Origin: Lytechinus pictus
Taxonomy: Eukaryota
Reading direction: 5' to 3'
Assembly: GCF_037042905.1 (NCBI RefSeq)
Contig: NC_087253.1
Coordinates: 1,550,001 to 1,614,000, forward strand
DNA: 64,000 nucleotides
Part shown: one piece after another, positions 51,699 to 64,000 of the stretch
Numbering within the stretch: position 1 is the stretch's first letter
Layout of the letters: every line of letters begins with the position of its first letter
Translations under genes and position numbers: made by a program
The notes under the pieces: model-generated
The model's input: the letters and a program-made list of their open reading frames with translations, nothing else
The model's database searches: none
What the model was told of the DNA's origin: nothing

Positions 51699-54600
51699 AT
51701 GGCAAGTGGCGATGGAGGCAACGGGGGAGAGGAGTGGCCAAAGGACTTTAAGAAGGCCCAAGGAACTCTAAATGAGGTGCTTCATTTTGCTGTTGAGAAT
51801 ACGCCAGCAAATGAGGACCGGGAACCAGAGACTAGAGAACCACTCACAGAAGAGGTAAATACCGAGATCTACTTTGAAGAATAGTCCGTTTCAGCTATAG
51901 ATCTCAGGATAAAGACATTCTGGCCCGTACTCTGAAGTCCAACTCTGTGCTAAAATAATGGGAAGCCATATTTGTCAAAATGTGTGTATGTGTGTTTCTT
52001 ATGATTATTATTTTGTTTCCCAATACTTTCATGATGGGAAAAAAAACTATTTCAATCATTATTTCCATGCAGTTTAAAATGAATCAGTTGAGACATTAGT
52101 TGATAAATTGAACCTGTACTGTTAGATATTTGTGCCACAATTCGCTATCCATAGTTAAACCATAACATAAGACTAGAGTTCAGAATACAGGCCTATATGT
52201 ATCAGTTTTAAATACCATAGAGAAGAAGTTTTTTAAATTTCAAGTACTGTCAACACAAACAAAAAAGTGGCTACTGAGTACTAAAGTCAGCTGATCTTTC
52301 TCTCGAGACAGGTTTATAACACATATTCCTTTCAATTAGGAGAAAATTTTAGTGGTCACTAAGGACAGGTTTTCACTATAGACGGGTGGCCGCTATTCCA
52401 GGTTGACTTTATATCTGTTTGTTTCTGTTTCTGTTTGTGGTAACTCCCGTAGGAACTCGGCAGGACAGCATTTTGCTGGTAAACGCCAAGCTGGTATATA
52501 ACCAATTACCTATGAAACGTTTTACGTCTAGGTTAATCAGTCATAGTGGCTGACGTTATAGACGACAGATATCACTCTCGGGCCTTTTTATCAAAGTGGA
52601 GACGATGGCAGAGTTGAGATTCGAACTCACAACCTTGCGATTATGAGTCCAATGCTCTAACCACTGGACCACACGACCCGTATCTGAGCTGATATTGAAG
52701 TTGATACGTGGATTGTTCAATTATCAACACTTATATAAGGCTGGTATCATTCTCCATCAAATATAATCCAAAGAGCAAATAATGTAGTAATAAAATTGTG
52801 GTAGTAATATTGATACAAGAACACTTTCTTGTTTACAGAAAAAGGAATTTCTAAACAAAGTCTTCAATGATATGCTGAGAGATGAGGTGAAGGAGATGAA
52901 GGAACATATCGAGGTCTTGAAGCGAATACAGGACTCGGAGACGGAAGAGGACCAGGAGGAGAAAGAAGAACGTTTAGAAGCCCTCTTAGATCTATGTGAG
53001 ACCATTGATAATGCACAAGGTAAGATTTGATGTTGATGATGATTATGATGGTGATGATGATGGTGATGATGGTGATGATGATGATGATGATGATGATGGC
53101 AATTGTGGTGGAAGTGGTGGTGTTGATGATTATGATGATGATGACAATGATATGATGATGATGATAATGATGGTGATGATGATGGTGATGATGATGATGG
53201 TGATGATGATGGTGATATATGATGACGCTGATGATGATGATGATGGTCATCGAAAAGGAGAAGATGGAACATTAAAAGCCCTATCTTTGTGAGACCTTTG
53301 ACGGATCACAATATGATTTGATAGTGATGGTGATAACAATGATGAAGATGATGATCGATGGTGATTTGATAATGATTAAGTTGATGATGATTAGATGATG
53401 ATGATGAATTTAATGATAATATTCTTGATGGTTATTATGATAATCGATACTGAGGTGTAGGTAGGATAAAAAGAAAAATAAGGAGGAGTTGTATTTTCAG
53501 TTTAAGAATGGAAAGTTATTGTATTGAAAGTTTGTGTTATTGTTGCCTCCTCTGCAGATTTCCTAAAAGTGGGCGGAGTCAGTGTTGCCATGGTGCTATG
53601 TCGTGACCCCAGTTCAGAGGTCAGATGGCGAGCGTTGGACTTATTAGCTATGACTGTCCAGAACAACCCTTTTAATCAGAATGCTATGGTTGAACAGGAC
53701 GCCCTCAAACTCTTCATTGAATTACTAGACAACGATAGAGCATATCAAGTTAGGGTCAAGGCACTTTACGCCATTTCATGTAAGTCTTTGTTTGATATTT
53801 GCAAAAATGTCAGTTGTGGTAACAATCTAAAAATAAGATCAAGCGGATTCAATGAAATAAATGCCTTTCTACCAGACTCTTCTGACGTAATTGTATTTTT
53901 TGTCATTACATGGAAATAAACAAAATGAATGAACAAAAGCAGCTGATGGAAATTACATACAAACTATCCAGTGAGCATTGTCCATGGTCACTATTTTTTT
54001 TGTCAAGTAGTCATAAAAGATCAGAGTGGCTGTGCTAAAGATTGTTTAATAGTATCTAGTGCTTTGAAACATCAAGCACTATATTATAATGTTGCATATT
54101 ATTGATATTATTATTTCATAATTTGGTATTGATTTTTTTATCTTTTCCCTTAAGGTTTGGTACGAGAGAATGAATTAGCTCAAGATGCACTGGTAAAAGA
54201 AGATGGTTTTTCATCCATGATGCGAGCTATGCAGAGTGATATAGAGAAGTTACAGATCAAAGCTGCTTTCTTATTAAGTGCACTCCTATGGGAACAACCA
54301 AAGTTCAATGGTAAGATCATCCTCTATCAATTTTGAATAATTAAATTCATCTGAAATGAATATTGTTATTGACTATATTTCCTGGTGCCTTCTGAGGTCC
54401 CCCTTTTAAATGATACATTTATGAATGTTCATGAAAACCACACTTGGCTTGTACTATTTTTATAATGAAATCACTCATTTTAGCAATTTTTGGCATGACA
54501 TGCACTTACATAATATTGTGTGATTATGTTATGGCAAATTAAACTGGCGGTTGCAAATTTGGTCCCACAAGTTGCACGAGAGTTGGAAGAAAAAAGTCAT

Positions 54601-55790
54601 GAAACAATACGGCCTGAGCTTATGAGGTTGCAGATATATCGCGAGAAAATTTGAGATCGGGCTTAATCAGCACCCCCAGTCTTATGGTTGAAATAAACAA
54701 ATTGGCCCTTGGGCTCCCCCTTCAAAGAGTTAAATATGTTCCATGGTATGAATATCCTACAATCCTAAAAATCAGATATTTTTATCTCTTTTATTTCACA
54801 GAAGCTTTACATAGTATGGGTATGGTACAGCAGCTAATCTCACTCCTTCTCCAAACAGAACACAAACTCTATCATGAGCATGTTATGTCTGCTATCCTCC
54901 ATCTTGTATCCCAGCATGCCGGGTGCCGCGCCGACTCGTTGATCCCAGATCTGAACTTCCGAGGGTTTCTTGAGGAGCGCATGAAGGAGCTCAATGGAAA
55001 AGAAGAGTATTTGGTGAATTATCTATCTTTGTCTTTTACTTTATTAAAAATGATGTCTAGTTTGGTAGGACCTCAAATGCAATTTTTTTACTTAATTCAG
55101 TTTAATTTAACTTATTTAATTCAGCTAAACTCAATTTTAGCTAGAGTAACTTGTCATAAATAACTTCGTATATTAATCAAATTTTCCAATTGTAGTTTTG
55201 CATTCATCATGTATTATTCCTAAAAAAACCAGGTATTTCTGAGGCTAGAAAGATTGAGGGGGTTGGGGCCTCTAAAAGATCTTGGCTGTTGATCACGAAA
55301 TCGTGATGAAACTCAATATGAATGTCACCCATAAATCTACAATATTTTATATTCCAAACTTATTCAGATTTTTTTATTAATTGATTAATTATGCCAATTC
55401 ATGCATGAAATTTAAATCTAGCTGTTCATCGATAAATTAAGCCCTTGAAGTGCGATTTATTTTTTGCCCCGCAAACTTTCATGTTGCGGATTTATCGCAC
55501 ACACAAAAAAAATGACGAGGGGGGGAACAATTCTCTATTACATGAGGGTAAAAAATCTTGCTATTCATGTCATTTATATGAATACATTTTTCAGAAGCTG
55601 ATTTTAGCACCTTTTCTTTATATAACATTCCTTTTTATCTTGTGGGGGTCATATATTTATTTAAACTCTTTCCAGCTTTCTCAACTGAATGTTTCATTTT
55701 TTCTTTGTCTAGGAGGAACTTGAATATTGTCAAAAGCTAACGGCCCTCTATGCAGCAGAAGCACAGAATGACAATGGAGCAGACAGATGA
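51699..55790 (+). CDS. HSPBP1: Hsp70-binding protein 1 (Fes1-type armadillo nucleotide-exchange factor), 6 coding exons, ~334 aa
   Basis: Exons 51699-51854, 52839-53019, 53558-53779, 54155-54310, 54802-55013 and 55713-55790 total 1005 nt. Motifs: LLDLCETIDNAQDFLKVGG, VRWRALDLLAMTVQNNP, VRVKALYAISCLVRE, DGFSSMMRAMQSDIEKLQIKAAFLL, SMGMVQQL, C-terminal DR*. Confidence 0.94.
52415..52681 (-). mobile_element. tRNA-derived SINE
   Basis: Head GGGTCGTGTGGTCCAGTGGTTAGAGCATTGGACTCATAATCGCAAGGTTGTGAGTTCGAATCTC (A and B boxes) without a proper acceptor stem; ~190-bp body with ACAGAA-like tail. Confidence 0.8.
53028..53445. repeat. (GAT)n-rich simple repeat in an HSPBP1 intron; similar tract at ~44385-44760
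   Basis: Direct inspection. Confidence 0.88.
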
Positions 55791-56603
55791 CCTTTCACTT
55801 ATGAACTTTGACCTTTGCATTGCTGCTCGACGCTTGATAAGAACTTAATACCCAACTCAAGAGTCACCAGTTTACTGAGATAAATGGGAAAAAAATCATG
55901 GAGTTCAAAAGTACACAGAACACACAGGATTTTATGGACAACATTATTTTTCAGAGTAGAAAAACTGAGTAACAAAAAATACAAAAAATACAAAAAAATG
56001 AAATCAGAATCCAATTTTGAAAAATTGTGCATAAGTACAAAATCTGCCTATCAAATGATTTCACAATATTTAGCTTGTGTTTGCCTAGCATTATCTGCAT
56101 GGAATCTTATGTTCTTCTAAGAATTTCACTATTTGCAAAATTGCTTTATCATGGGTTTTGTACGTGACTCCGAAGAAGTCAGAAAGTGAGGTATAGAACA
56201 CTGAAGAATACGGACTTGGCATTTTAGGAAACAGAAACTTGGGTCTCTACCTCACTCACACTAAAGGTGGAGCTTGCAGGAATACAGTTTTAATATGAAT
56301 AGATAAACTATTTTGCCACATAGGAAGTCCACTCTTAATAATCTGGCTGTAGTCTAAGACAATTCCTGCCAAATGTTTGTGGTATTTTATTTTTGCAAAT
56401 TTCCTCAAATAAATTGTTGTATGTTATGATTCATTTAGGAAAAACTTCAAATTATGAAAGAGAAAATAAATCTATTCATTTGGACTTACTTTTTATGAAA
56501 TAGAGAACAGTTTCACGTCTGATCTGGGACGCTTCTTCAGCTTGTCTGAAGAAATTTCATGAATCATTTTTTGTGAAAATTTTACACATGGCTATTTGCT
56601 TAA

Positions 56604-56998
56604 AGGTAAATGCTAGTTTTGGTAACGATATCAAAATCAGTTCGTACAGAATCCAATAAAATGACCACCAAAGTGTCTGTTTGTATAAATAAAACGCATG
56701 GGCCAAAGGATTCTGGAAGAAATTGTGTAATTGCTGAGAAATCAGCAAATAAGCACAGGATTCGGGTAGAGCGTCGGGCCCGACGCTCAAAGCAATAATT
56801 ATACACAGTCCCACGTGCGCTTATCTGTGTTGGGGAAGTTCAGTCTGAACATTTTTCAGCGTAGATTTCAAGATTTCACAAAGTTCAGTTTATGTAACTG
56901 TACCAGATCTAGATCCTCGATGATATACTGACAATTAAGCCTGGTTTTACAGACTTTCTCATGAAATCAGTGTTTACTGCAACTACTGGAATTTCTCT
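56604..56998. mobile_element. TTAA-flanked non-autonomous DNA transposon (Kolobok-like)
   Basis: TTAA|AGGTAAATGCTAGT ... ACTGGAATTTCTCT|TTAA. Confidence 0.7.
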
Positions 56999-57376
56999 TT
57001 AAATGGAAACATCACAAAAGTAAAGAAAAAAATTACCCGTCCTGAACCTCCCAAAACAGTCCACTACCGCAAAAATATCTGCATGGGAATTTTGAAATGT
57101 ATGATGTATACAGTAATGCTTAGTCTTCCAAGAGGTGAATACTGTTAATATTTTGACCTCATAAGCATAAGGAGTGGGCCCGAGGATAATAAAGGGGTAA
57201 TAGAGCATGCTGTCAGTGATTTTCACTGCCAAGTTTGCTCTGAGCCAATCAGATGCAAGGATTTCAATAGCTTATAACAAATAGTCATTTGAAATCACTG
57301 AATATGTTTCATGAAATGCACTGCATGGCTAAGGACACAGCATGAAATCACAATATAGTAACTGAAGTGTCTGAAG

Positions 57377-58552
57377 TTTTTGTCTCGCCTGCATAGCAGA
57401 GCGAGACTAGAGGCGCCGCTTTTCCGGCGGCGGCGGCGTCAACATCAAATCTTAACCTAAGGTTAAGTTTTTGAAATGACATCATAACTTAGAAAGTATA
57501 TGGACCTAGTTCATGAAACTTGGACATAAGGTTAATCAAGTATTACTAAACATCCTGCCTGAGTTTCAGGTCACATGACCAAGGTCAAAGGTCATTTAGG
57601 GTCAATGAACTTTGACCATGTTGGGAGAATTATTTTCAAAATCTTAACCGAAGGTTAAGTTTTTGAAATGACATCATAACTTAGAAAGTATATGGACCTA
57701 GTTCATGTAACTTAGGCATAAGGTTAATCAAGTATTAGTGAACATCCTGCTCGAGTTTCAGGTCACGTGACCAAGGTCAAAGGTCATTTAGGGTCAATGA
57801 ACTTTGGTCAAGTTGGGGGTATTTGTTGAATTACTATCATAACTTTGAAAATTTATGGATCTAGTTCATGAAACTTGGACATAAGGTTAATCAAGTATTA
57901 GCAAACATCATGTGCGAGTTTCAGGTCACATGACCATGGTCAATGGTCATTTAAGGTCAATGAACTTTGGCCGTGTTGGGGGTATTTGTTAAATTACCAT
58001 CCTAACTCTGAAAGTTTACGGATTTCGTTCATAAAACTTGGACATAAGAGTAATCAAGTATCACTGAACATCCTGTACGAGTTTCAGGTCACATGACCAT
58101 GGTCAAAGGTCATTAAAGGTCAATGAACTTTGGCCGTGTTGGGGGTATTTGTTAAATTACCATCCTAACTCTGAAAGTTTATGGATCTAGTTCATAAAAC
58201 TTGGGATATAAGAGTAATCAAGTATCACTGAACATCCCCTGTGAGTTTCAGGTCACAAAACCAAGGTCAAAGGTCAGTTAAGGTCAATAAACTTAGGCCA
58301 TGTTGGGGTAATTGTTGAATTGCCATCATAACTTTGAAAGTTTATAGATAGAGTGATTGAAATGTGGACATGGATGTAGTTGACAAGTCTTAAGTCACCG
58401 TTCAAATGTCATTTATGGTCAATGAACGTGGTATGTCATTATATGAATGGAGTTTTTGTGAATGATTATTTTATAGTAGTTTTCAAAGTTAGCACTGCTG
58501 CTATATTAAATCGCGTAATGCAGGCGAGACTGCCAGAGGCGTTCCACTTGTT
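57377..58552 (+). mobile_element. Helentron-associated non-autonomous element (HINE/DINE-1-like) with an internal ~163-bp tandem array
   Basis: T-run start; subTIR GTCTCGCCTGC (57382) / GCAGGCGAGAC (58520); 5' hairpin GTCTCGCCTGCATAGCAGAGCGAGAC; (GGC)n microsatellite; 5 units plus a partial sixth; ends CACTTGTT. Confidence 0.8.
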
Positions 58553-59750
58553 AAGATAATTTAATACTTTTACCCCTTTACATTTAAACAATTTAGTGTG
58601 TTTGAGGAATGTTGAAACTGCATTTATATGTGTGATTCATTATTTATAATGAATTATCAGGAACTTCCAGACACATGCATTGATGTAATAAAAAAATAAT
58701 ACCTTGATTTGAAAACAAAACAAAAATGACTGATGATACAAATAATAATCATATGCTTATTGGTATAGTATTGGTATAGTTATTGGTATGTATATTCTAC
58801 TGGGCTGTAATTAAGAGCTTATGAAATGCTTGAAAACATAGTTAGAAAAGGTAAAGAAGAATGTATGGGGATTAGTTGAAAAGACAAGTTTTCAGTCTAA
58901 GTTTGAATGTTTCTAATGATGGAGAGGATCTAATTACATATGGCAAACCATTCCATCATTTTGGGAGCTGTGCAGGCGAAAGCACGATCTCCCAAAGTTA
59001 TCTTTGTATTATGAGTGGGGATGTGAAGGAGCAAATTATCATGAGAACTGCGTAGGTTGGGAGTGTGTCTGTGAACTTTTCTGGGTAAAAGCTCAGAAAT
59101 ATAGCTGGGGGCTTGGCAACTCAGACAAATACAATGTTTCAGCAGTCTACCAGGTACATTAAAACCAACTCCGAGTAAATACAGTGAGTAATGATATGAA
59201 AGAAATTGAAATTATAGATCTAATCAGTTCTAATAGAACTTTATTTAAATATAAAAATAGCTCAAAATAGAATCTGCTGAAAACTGCAAAAAAAGGAAAA
59301 ATATAATTAGCATGGACCTGTCTCCTGTACTGAGAGATGCAATGCATATTTCTGTGAGTGCTGAGCAGATACTCTTTTTTTTTTACCAGAATCGTGTTGC
59401 AAATATTTATTTATACATTCTAGACAGTCATTTTGTTCATTTGATTCTTTAAGAATTCTTGTTTTATTTACCAAAACTGGAATGAAATTGGTAAACATTT
59501 TTTTAATGCAAATAAATATGCTTTAAAGCTATTTGTACAAATATATTTCGAAGAAAAGTGTATTGTTCTCCATCTAATATGGCTTCCTAGGGTGTTCACA
59601 TTTAAGAAGTGACTGAAAAACATGCATAAGAACAAAGTGTGCATGATATTCAGCACATAATCTCATTGATCAATATATGGTAGTGTGCATCCCATGAGCA
59701 AGACCTGAACAATGTGTTGGTGTTATATACCAAACTGGATAGGGAATTAA

Positions 59751-60344
59751 AGGGGAATCCAACCCAAATAAAAACTTGTTTTTATAAGAAATGGAAAAAT
59801 CAGACAAGTTGATAGGTGAAAGTTTGAACAATATTGGTCAAACAACAAGAAAGTAATGAATTTTTAAAAGTTGTAAATATTGGTAATCACTATACTCATG
59901 GAGACCTCAAATTGGCCGCATATGGGATGTCATAGTGATGTAAGGCAAGGACTACTCTTCCATGTACTCCAATACATATGATGCCTAAAATGTCATTTTT
60001 CCCAAAAGTTTTATTTCAAATTAAATTTTTCTTTCATGAGGACATTAAACAATATACTACCTGGGTTATATTTAGATTACTGCCCCAGGGGAATGGGTAC
60101 TTAGGAGAAAACCACAAATCACTGATAATAAAGTACATGGCCTATGGGAAAGTTGTCCTTGACCATTGTCATAATTTACTTACCCAGTTGCCAATTTGAA
60201 ATCTACATACTATTAGTGATCTCAATTTTAAAGCAGCTATAACTTTCTTATTGCTTGTCCGATTTCTTTCAAACTTTCACCATTCTGTTTAATTATTTTT
60301 CTCCTTCCCAACACAACATTTTATGGCCAAGGCTGGATTCCCCT
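59751..60344. mobile_element. TTAA-flanked non-autonomous DNA transposon (Kolobok-like)
   Basis: TTAA|AGGGGAATCCAACC ... GGCTGGATTCCCCT|TTAA. Confidence 0.82.
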
Positions 60345-60399
60345 TTAAGTGTGATTTTCAGTCCGGTGTAATATTTATGAAACATCCACCTGCAGTTCC

Positions 60400-61810
60400 T
60401 TTTGCTTCTCCATGATTCCCCTCCCCTTTATCACTCTGTACTGTCAGTCATATATCCCATCTGTTAAACTCTCCCTCTTGTTAATTTTCCATACAATAAA
60501 TCTGTACTTTTTCTTCTATTACCATACCCACTTCTATCTTTCCCTTTGTTTTTATGCTTTTTTTCATTTTTCCCCTCCTCTCTGCATTTATCTCTTCTCT
60601 TCCTCACTCCTCTAATCTCACCTTCACTTATCCCCAAATCTCTCCCTCTTTATTCTACATGTCTGTGGTTTTATCTCTTCATCCCATCATTCTTCCTCAT
60701 CTTTATCTTCTCTCTACAATATCTATCTATCCTTCTCTCTTCTCCACCCTTCATCCCATCTCTCTTTTCCACTCAATAATTTACCTTCCTAACTTTCCCC
60801 ATGCTCTGTCCTTTACCTTTATAACATGGCTGATATTGGTTTTATTCTCTTTCAAAAAGACCAAGAGAAGAAGGGAAAGAAAGACAGAGAGAGGGGGGGG
60901 GGTGGAAGAGAAGATGGTAAGGCTGAGAAACAGAGAAAAAACATAGAAAGGGAGTCAACTAGACAGACAGGGAAAGGACAAGGTGAAGGTAGAAAGAAGA
61001 AATATACTAAAACACGAATAATGTGAGAGAAAAAAAGGGGCAAGTTAGAGAAAGCAATTGAGACAGAAAGGAGATCGTAGCGGCTGAGAAGTAGAAAATG
61101 AAGAATACAGAGCTGCCAACCATGTGAAAAAAAATCATTTCATCTCCCTTTACCCCATTTTCAATCCCATTTTTCTTTAAATTTTGAAAAACTTACCAAA
61201 AAAATCATCATTCTTACAAGTTTCTAGCGGGAACATCCTATTTACTGTCACTTTCCCTTAAAAAGTCCACTAAATAGGATAAAATCTTACTATTGGCAGC
61301 TCTGAGAATGGAAGAAGGCTACATGGAACAAAAAGATAAAGGGACAAGGGAGAGACAAAACACAAGTCGGAGACACTTCCAAAAATCCAAGAAACGATCG
61401 AGAGAAAGGGAAGGGAAAAGCAAAAGAATGGAGACGGAAAAAATAAACCCAAGAAAAAGAGCAAGATGGTCAGACTGGGAGGGGGTTATGGAAGGAGAAA
61501 GAAGATGAGGGAAGATTAAGTTTGGGAGAAAAGTTAGAATATAACAACAGGTATTTAAAAGGGAAAGAGGGGGAGAGGGCGTGGGAGAGCAGTAAGAGTG
61601 AATAGATAGACTTTAAATAAAGAAATAATTTATACGAGAGATTGAGAGGCAAAAACAAAGATGGATAGAGATTTAGAGACAAAAAATGAAAGAGTAAATT
61701 AGAGAGATATAGTGGAAACAGACACCCCCAAAATATATTTATAAATAAAAAATTGATGAAAGAGCATTTGGGAAAGGGTATGTGTGAGGGACTAAGAGAG
61801 AAAAATAAAA
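60400..61810. repeat. Low-complexity region: pyrimidine-rich block (~60400-60850) followed by mostly purine-rich sequence
   Basis: Abrupt strand-composition switch at ~60853. Confidence 0.65.
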
Positions 61811-62854
61811 GACAAGGGGAGTGTTTCATTATTAAGCATCTTGTCCATGCTTTTGATTGACAAACTTGGTTTGGCCAATCAGTTTGCAAGAATTTCAGGA
61901 GCTTATCACAAGTAGTAAATGAAAATCAATGACTACTTGTTTCATGAAACACACCCTGACAGAACAGAGGTAGGAAGAGTCAAGTGAAGACAAAACAAAA
62001 GACAACGCAACAACATAATTTACAAAGATGTTTCATCTTTTAATTTAGCTTCTATGGAATTGAGCCCATAAACATTCAAGGAAAAACTAAACTTATCACA
62101 AAAAAATAATGAAAGAGCATTCTAAAATACAAACAAGTATAAAGCTCACATGACAAATTATAAAACATATAAACATTAACAAACATAAGGTATATATATT
62201 CCAATAATTCACAAATTCAATTATTCACATTGGAAATGACGAATCATCGCAAGAAATTCAATTCAGCATAATAATCATAGATTTATTCTAGTAGAACTAC
62301 GATCTAATAAAAGTCATAACTCTAGATGAATCTATAATTTCACTACTAATCTGTTCCAATTCTCATGTTTATTGCGTGAATGTTGGAATAATACAAACCT
62401 AATGGATATAATGAATACATGCAGATCGATAACAAAATAATCATGTTCTTAAATAAATACAGGAAAAACAGCTTCCCTTTCTGGAGGAGGACAGGACTAT
62501 CAACAAATTCCAGGAAACGATCATCCGCCCATGGAGGCTATTATACTGTGATATAATTAATTACCTTTGAAGTAATTTGATATCACAGTAAGAATATAAC
62601 AACGAACCAAGTCCATGATAGTTCATTTCAAGTAAATCAAGAATTTTTTTTTTTTTATTGTCAAATAATTATTTAGATTCGTCATTCATTTTGGGCATTT
62701 TGTGGATGGAATATCCGGGATATAAATTACACACTAGATGGCCTATGTATAAGCAATATAAAAAATTGCTATGAACATGTAGAATTAAGTAAAAACAGCT
62801 CTGAACAAGTGTAGCTGAATATATTCATATAAAAGCTGCCCTATACAAATTTGT

Positions 62855-63075
62855 TTATTATTATTGGTGGCAATTTTTTAAAACCTGATTGCTAAGAAAG
62901 CATGAATGCTTGTAAGCATGCAACCAGAGGGCCGACAGCTTAAGGTCCTCTCTGAGGGACCTGGTAATAAGGATTAATGCCTTACCAAAGGGCACTGGCG
63001 CACCAAGTGTGAATCGAACCCGGATCACCGGAATCCGGAACACTCGCTCTACCGAATGAGCTATCGCACCATCCC
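62855..63075 (-). mobile_element. tRNA-derived SINE
   Basis: GGTGCGATAGCTCATTCGGTAGAGCG...GGGTTCGATTC head, GTGCCCTTTGGTAAGGCATTAATCC core, (AAT)n tail. Confidence 0.82.
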
Positions 63076-63336
63076 ATGTTTAACTCAATTTGACCAAGAG
63101 ATGGACTTGGGTCATTCTTAAATCAGTCATATACTCAATTGTTTAGTGTGAATATTACATTTAAGAAAATAAAGATATATTATAAATTTAACTAAAGCAA
63201 TTGGGAATTGATGATTTTAAATCCTTTCCAAGGCATTCGTATTGAGGATTATTGTCTTCATTACCACATGGCAGTAGCATGTTGATTTTTTTCCCCCTAC
63301 ACCTTTTATGTTGTGATAACACTGCAATACCACCAG

Positions 63337-63553
63337 GGGGGGGGGGTGTTTCACAAAGATTTAAGTATGACTTAGGTCACACTTTAATGCCGACGCGTAC
63401 ATGATATGCAACGCGCAATCTTATTTATCAATATACAGTAGTGTGCATCCTCTTGGCATGATCTGACCAATACGGTCATGCCTTTTATACTGCACGCAAC
63501 TAGACTTTTAAGTGTGACCTAAGTCATACTTAAATCTTTGTGAAACACCCCTC
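63337..63553. mobile_element. Palindromic MITE
   Basis: GGGTGTTTCACAAAGATTTAAGTATGACTTAGGTCACACTT and its exact reverse complement at the other end. Confidence 0.82.
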
Positions 63554-64000
63554 CAGGCCACTTTGTTAATATCATTGCCTTGGAAATAATGCACATCATA
63601 GAACAGGTATTATGATTAAAATAAATGTACCAATGAAAAGGCAACTGAAAGTAGTGCTTACTGTAGTTGACAATTTACATCATTGGCTCTTATCAATCAA
63701 AACTTTAATATCTTTTTGGCCTAGACTCTATCTTTTTTATAGAAAATTGTGTTAAAAATCTATCTAACACAGAGCATTTACTTTTCTTTTTTAAAACATT
63801 TCTGAATAAATATTCGTAAAACAAAGTTATTACAATCATACGATCATAATCCATTTGCATTGGCATCCATTAATCCCAAATATAAATAACAACTACTTAC
63901 TGGCATTAAAGTTAACAGGGTTTGCTCGGGGACATTTCCATTAATCAATTTTAAAATTGGGCTCTGCAGTCAATTGCAAATGAATTACTTCAATATCCAA

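Noticed and set aside
52604-52681. tRNA gene with CAT anticodon
   Set aside because: Acceptor stem does not pair and the sequence continues into a SINE body and tail.
52757-53292. Poly-His, poly-Asp and poly-Ile ORFs
   Set aside because: Products of a (GAT)n intronic repeat plus antisense or out-of-frame reading of HSPBP1 exon 2.
57450-58400. CRISPR-like array
   Set aside because: Whole units are repeated with no unique spacers; eukaryotic context with no cas genes.
60412-61889. Several hydrophobic or Lys/Arg/Glu-rich short ORFs
   Set aside because: Artefacts of CT- and GA-rich low-complexity DNA; no domain or splice support.

Overview
Eukaryotic, AT-rich, intron- and repeat-rich DNA from an invertebrate animal, probably an echinoderm such as a sea urchin (inferred from gene content and repeat style, not proven). 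I reconstructed four spliced genes by hand, each with GT-AG junctions and consistent phases. (1) An unrecognised 9-exon, ~582-aa minus-strand gene (7562-11892) encoding a coiled coil, a tandem YNPSTPDTAP repeat resembling the Pol II CTD/Spt5 CTR, and a divergent non-RD Ser/Thr kinase domain. (2) Caprin (15 coding exons, ~813 aa, minus). (3) RPL27A (4 coding exons, 148 aa, minus, with 5'TOP). (4) HSPBP1/Fes1 (6 coding exons, ~334 aa, plus), head-to-head with RPL27A. The window begins inside a Ty3/Gypsy LTR retrotransposon with an intact 5' LTR, a tRNA-Leu PBS, gag, and a G-GGA-AAC plus pseudoknot -1 frameshift into protease. The remainder is nested non-autonomous DNA transposons, SINEs, a Helentron-type element carrying a nuclear-receptor DR1 array, and simple repeats. 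The strongest leads are the CTD-like-repeat kinase, a SINE with a 7SL-like head inserted in a ~1.1-kb foldback element, and a candidate intronic H/ACA snoRNA.
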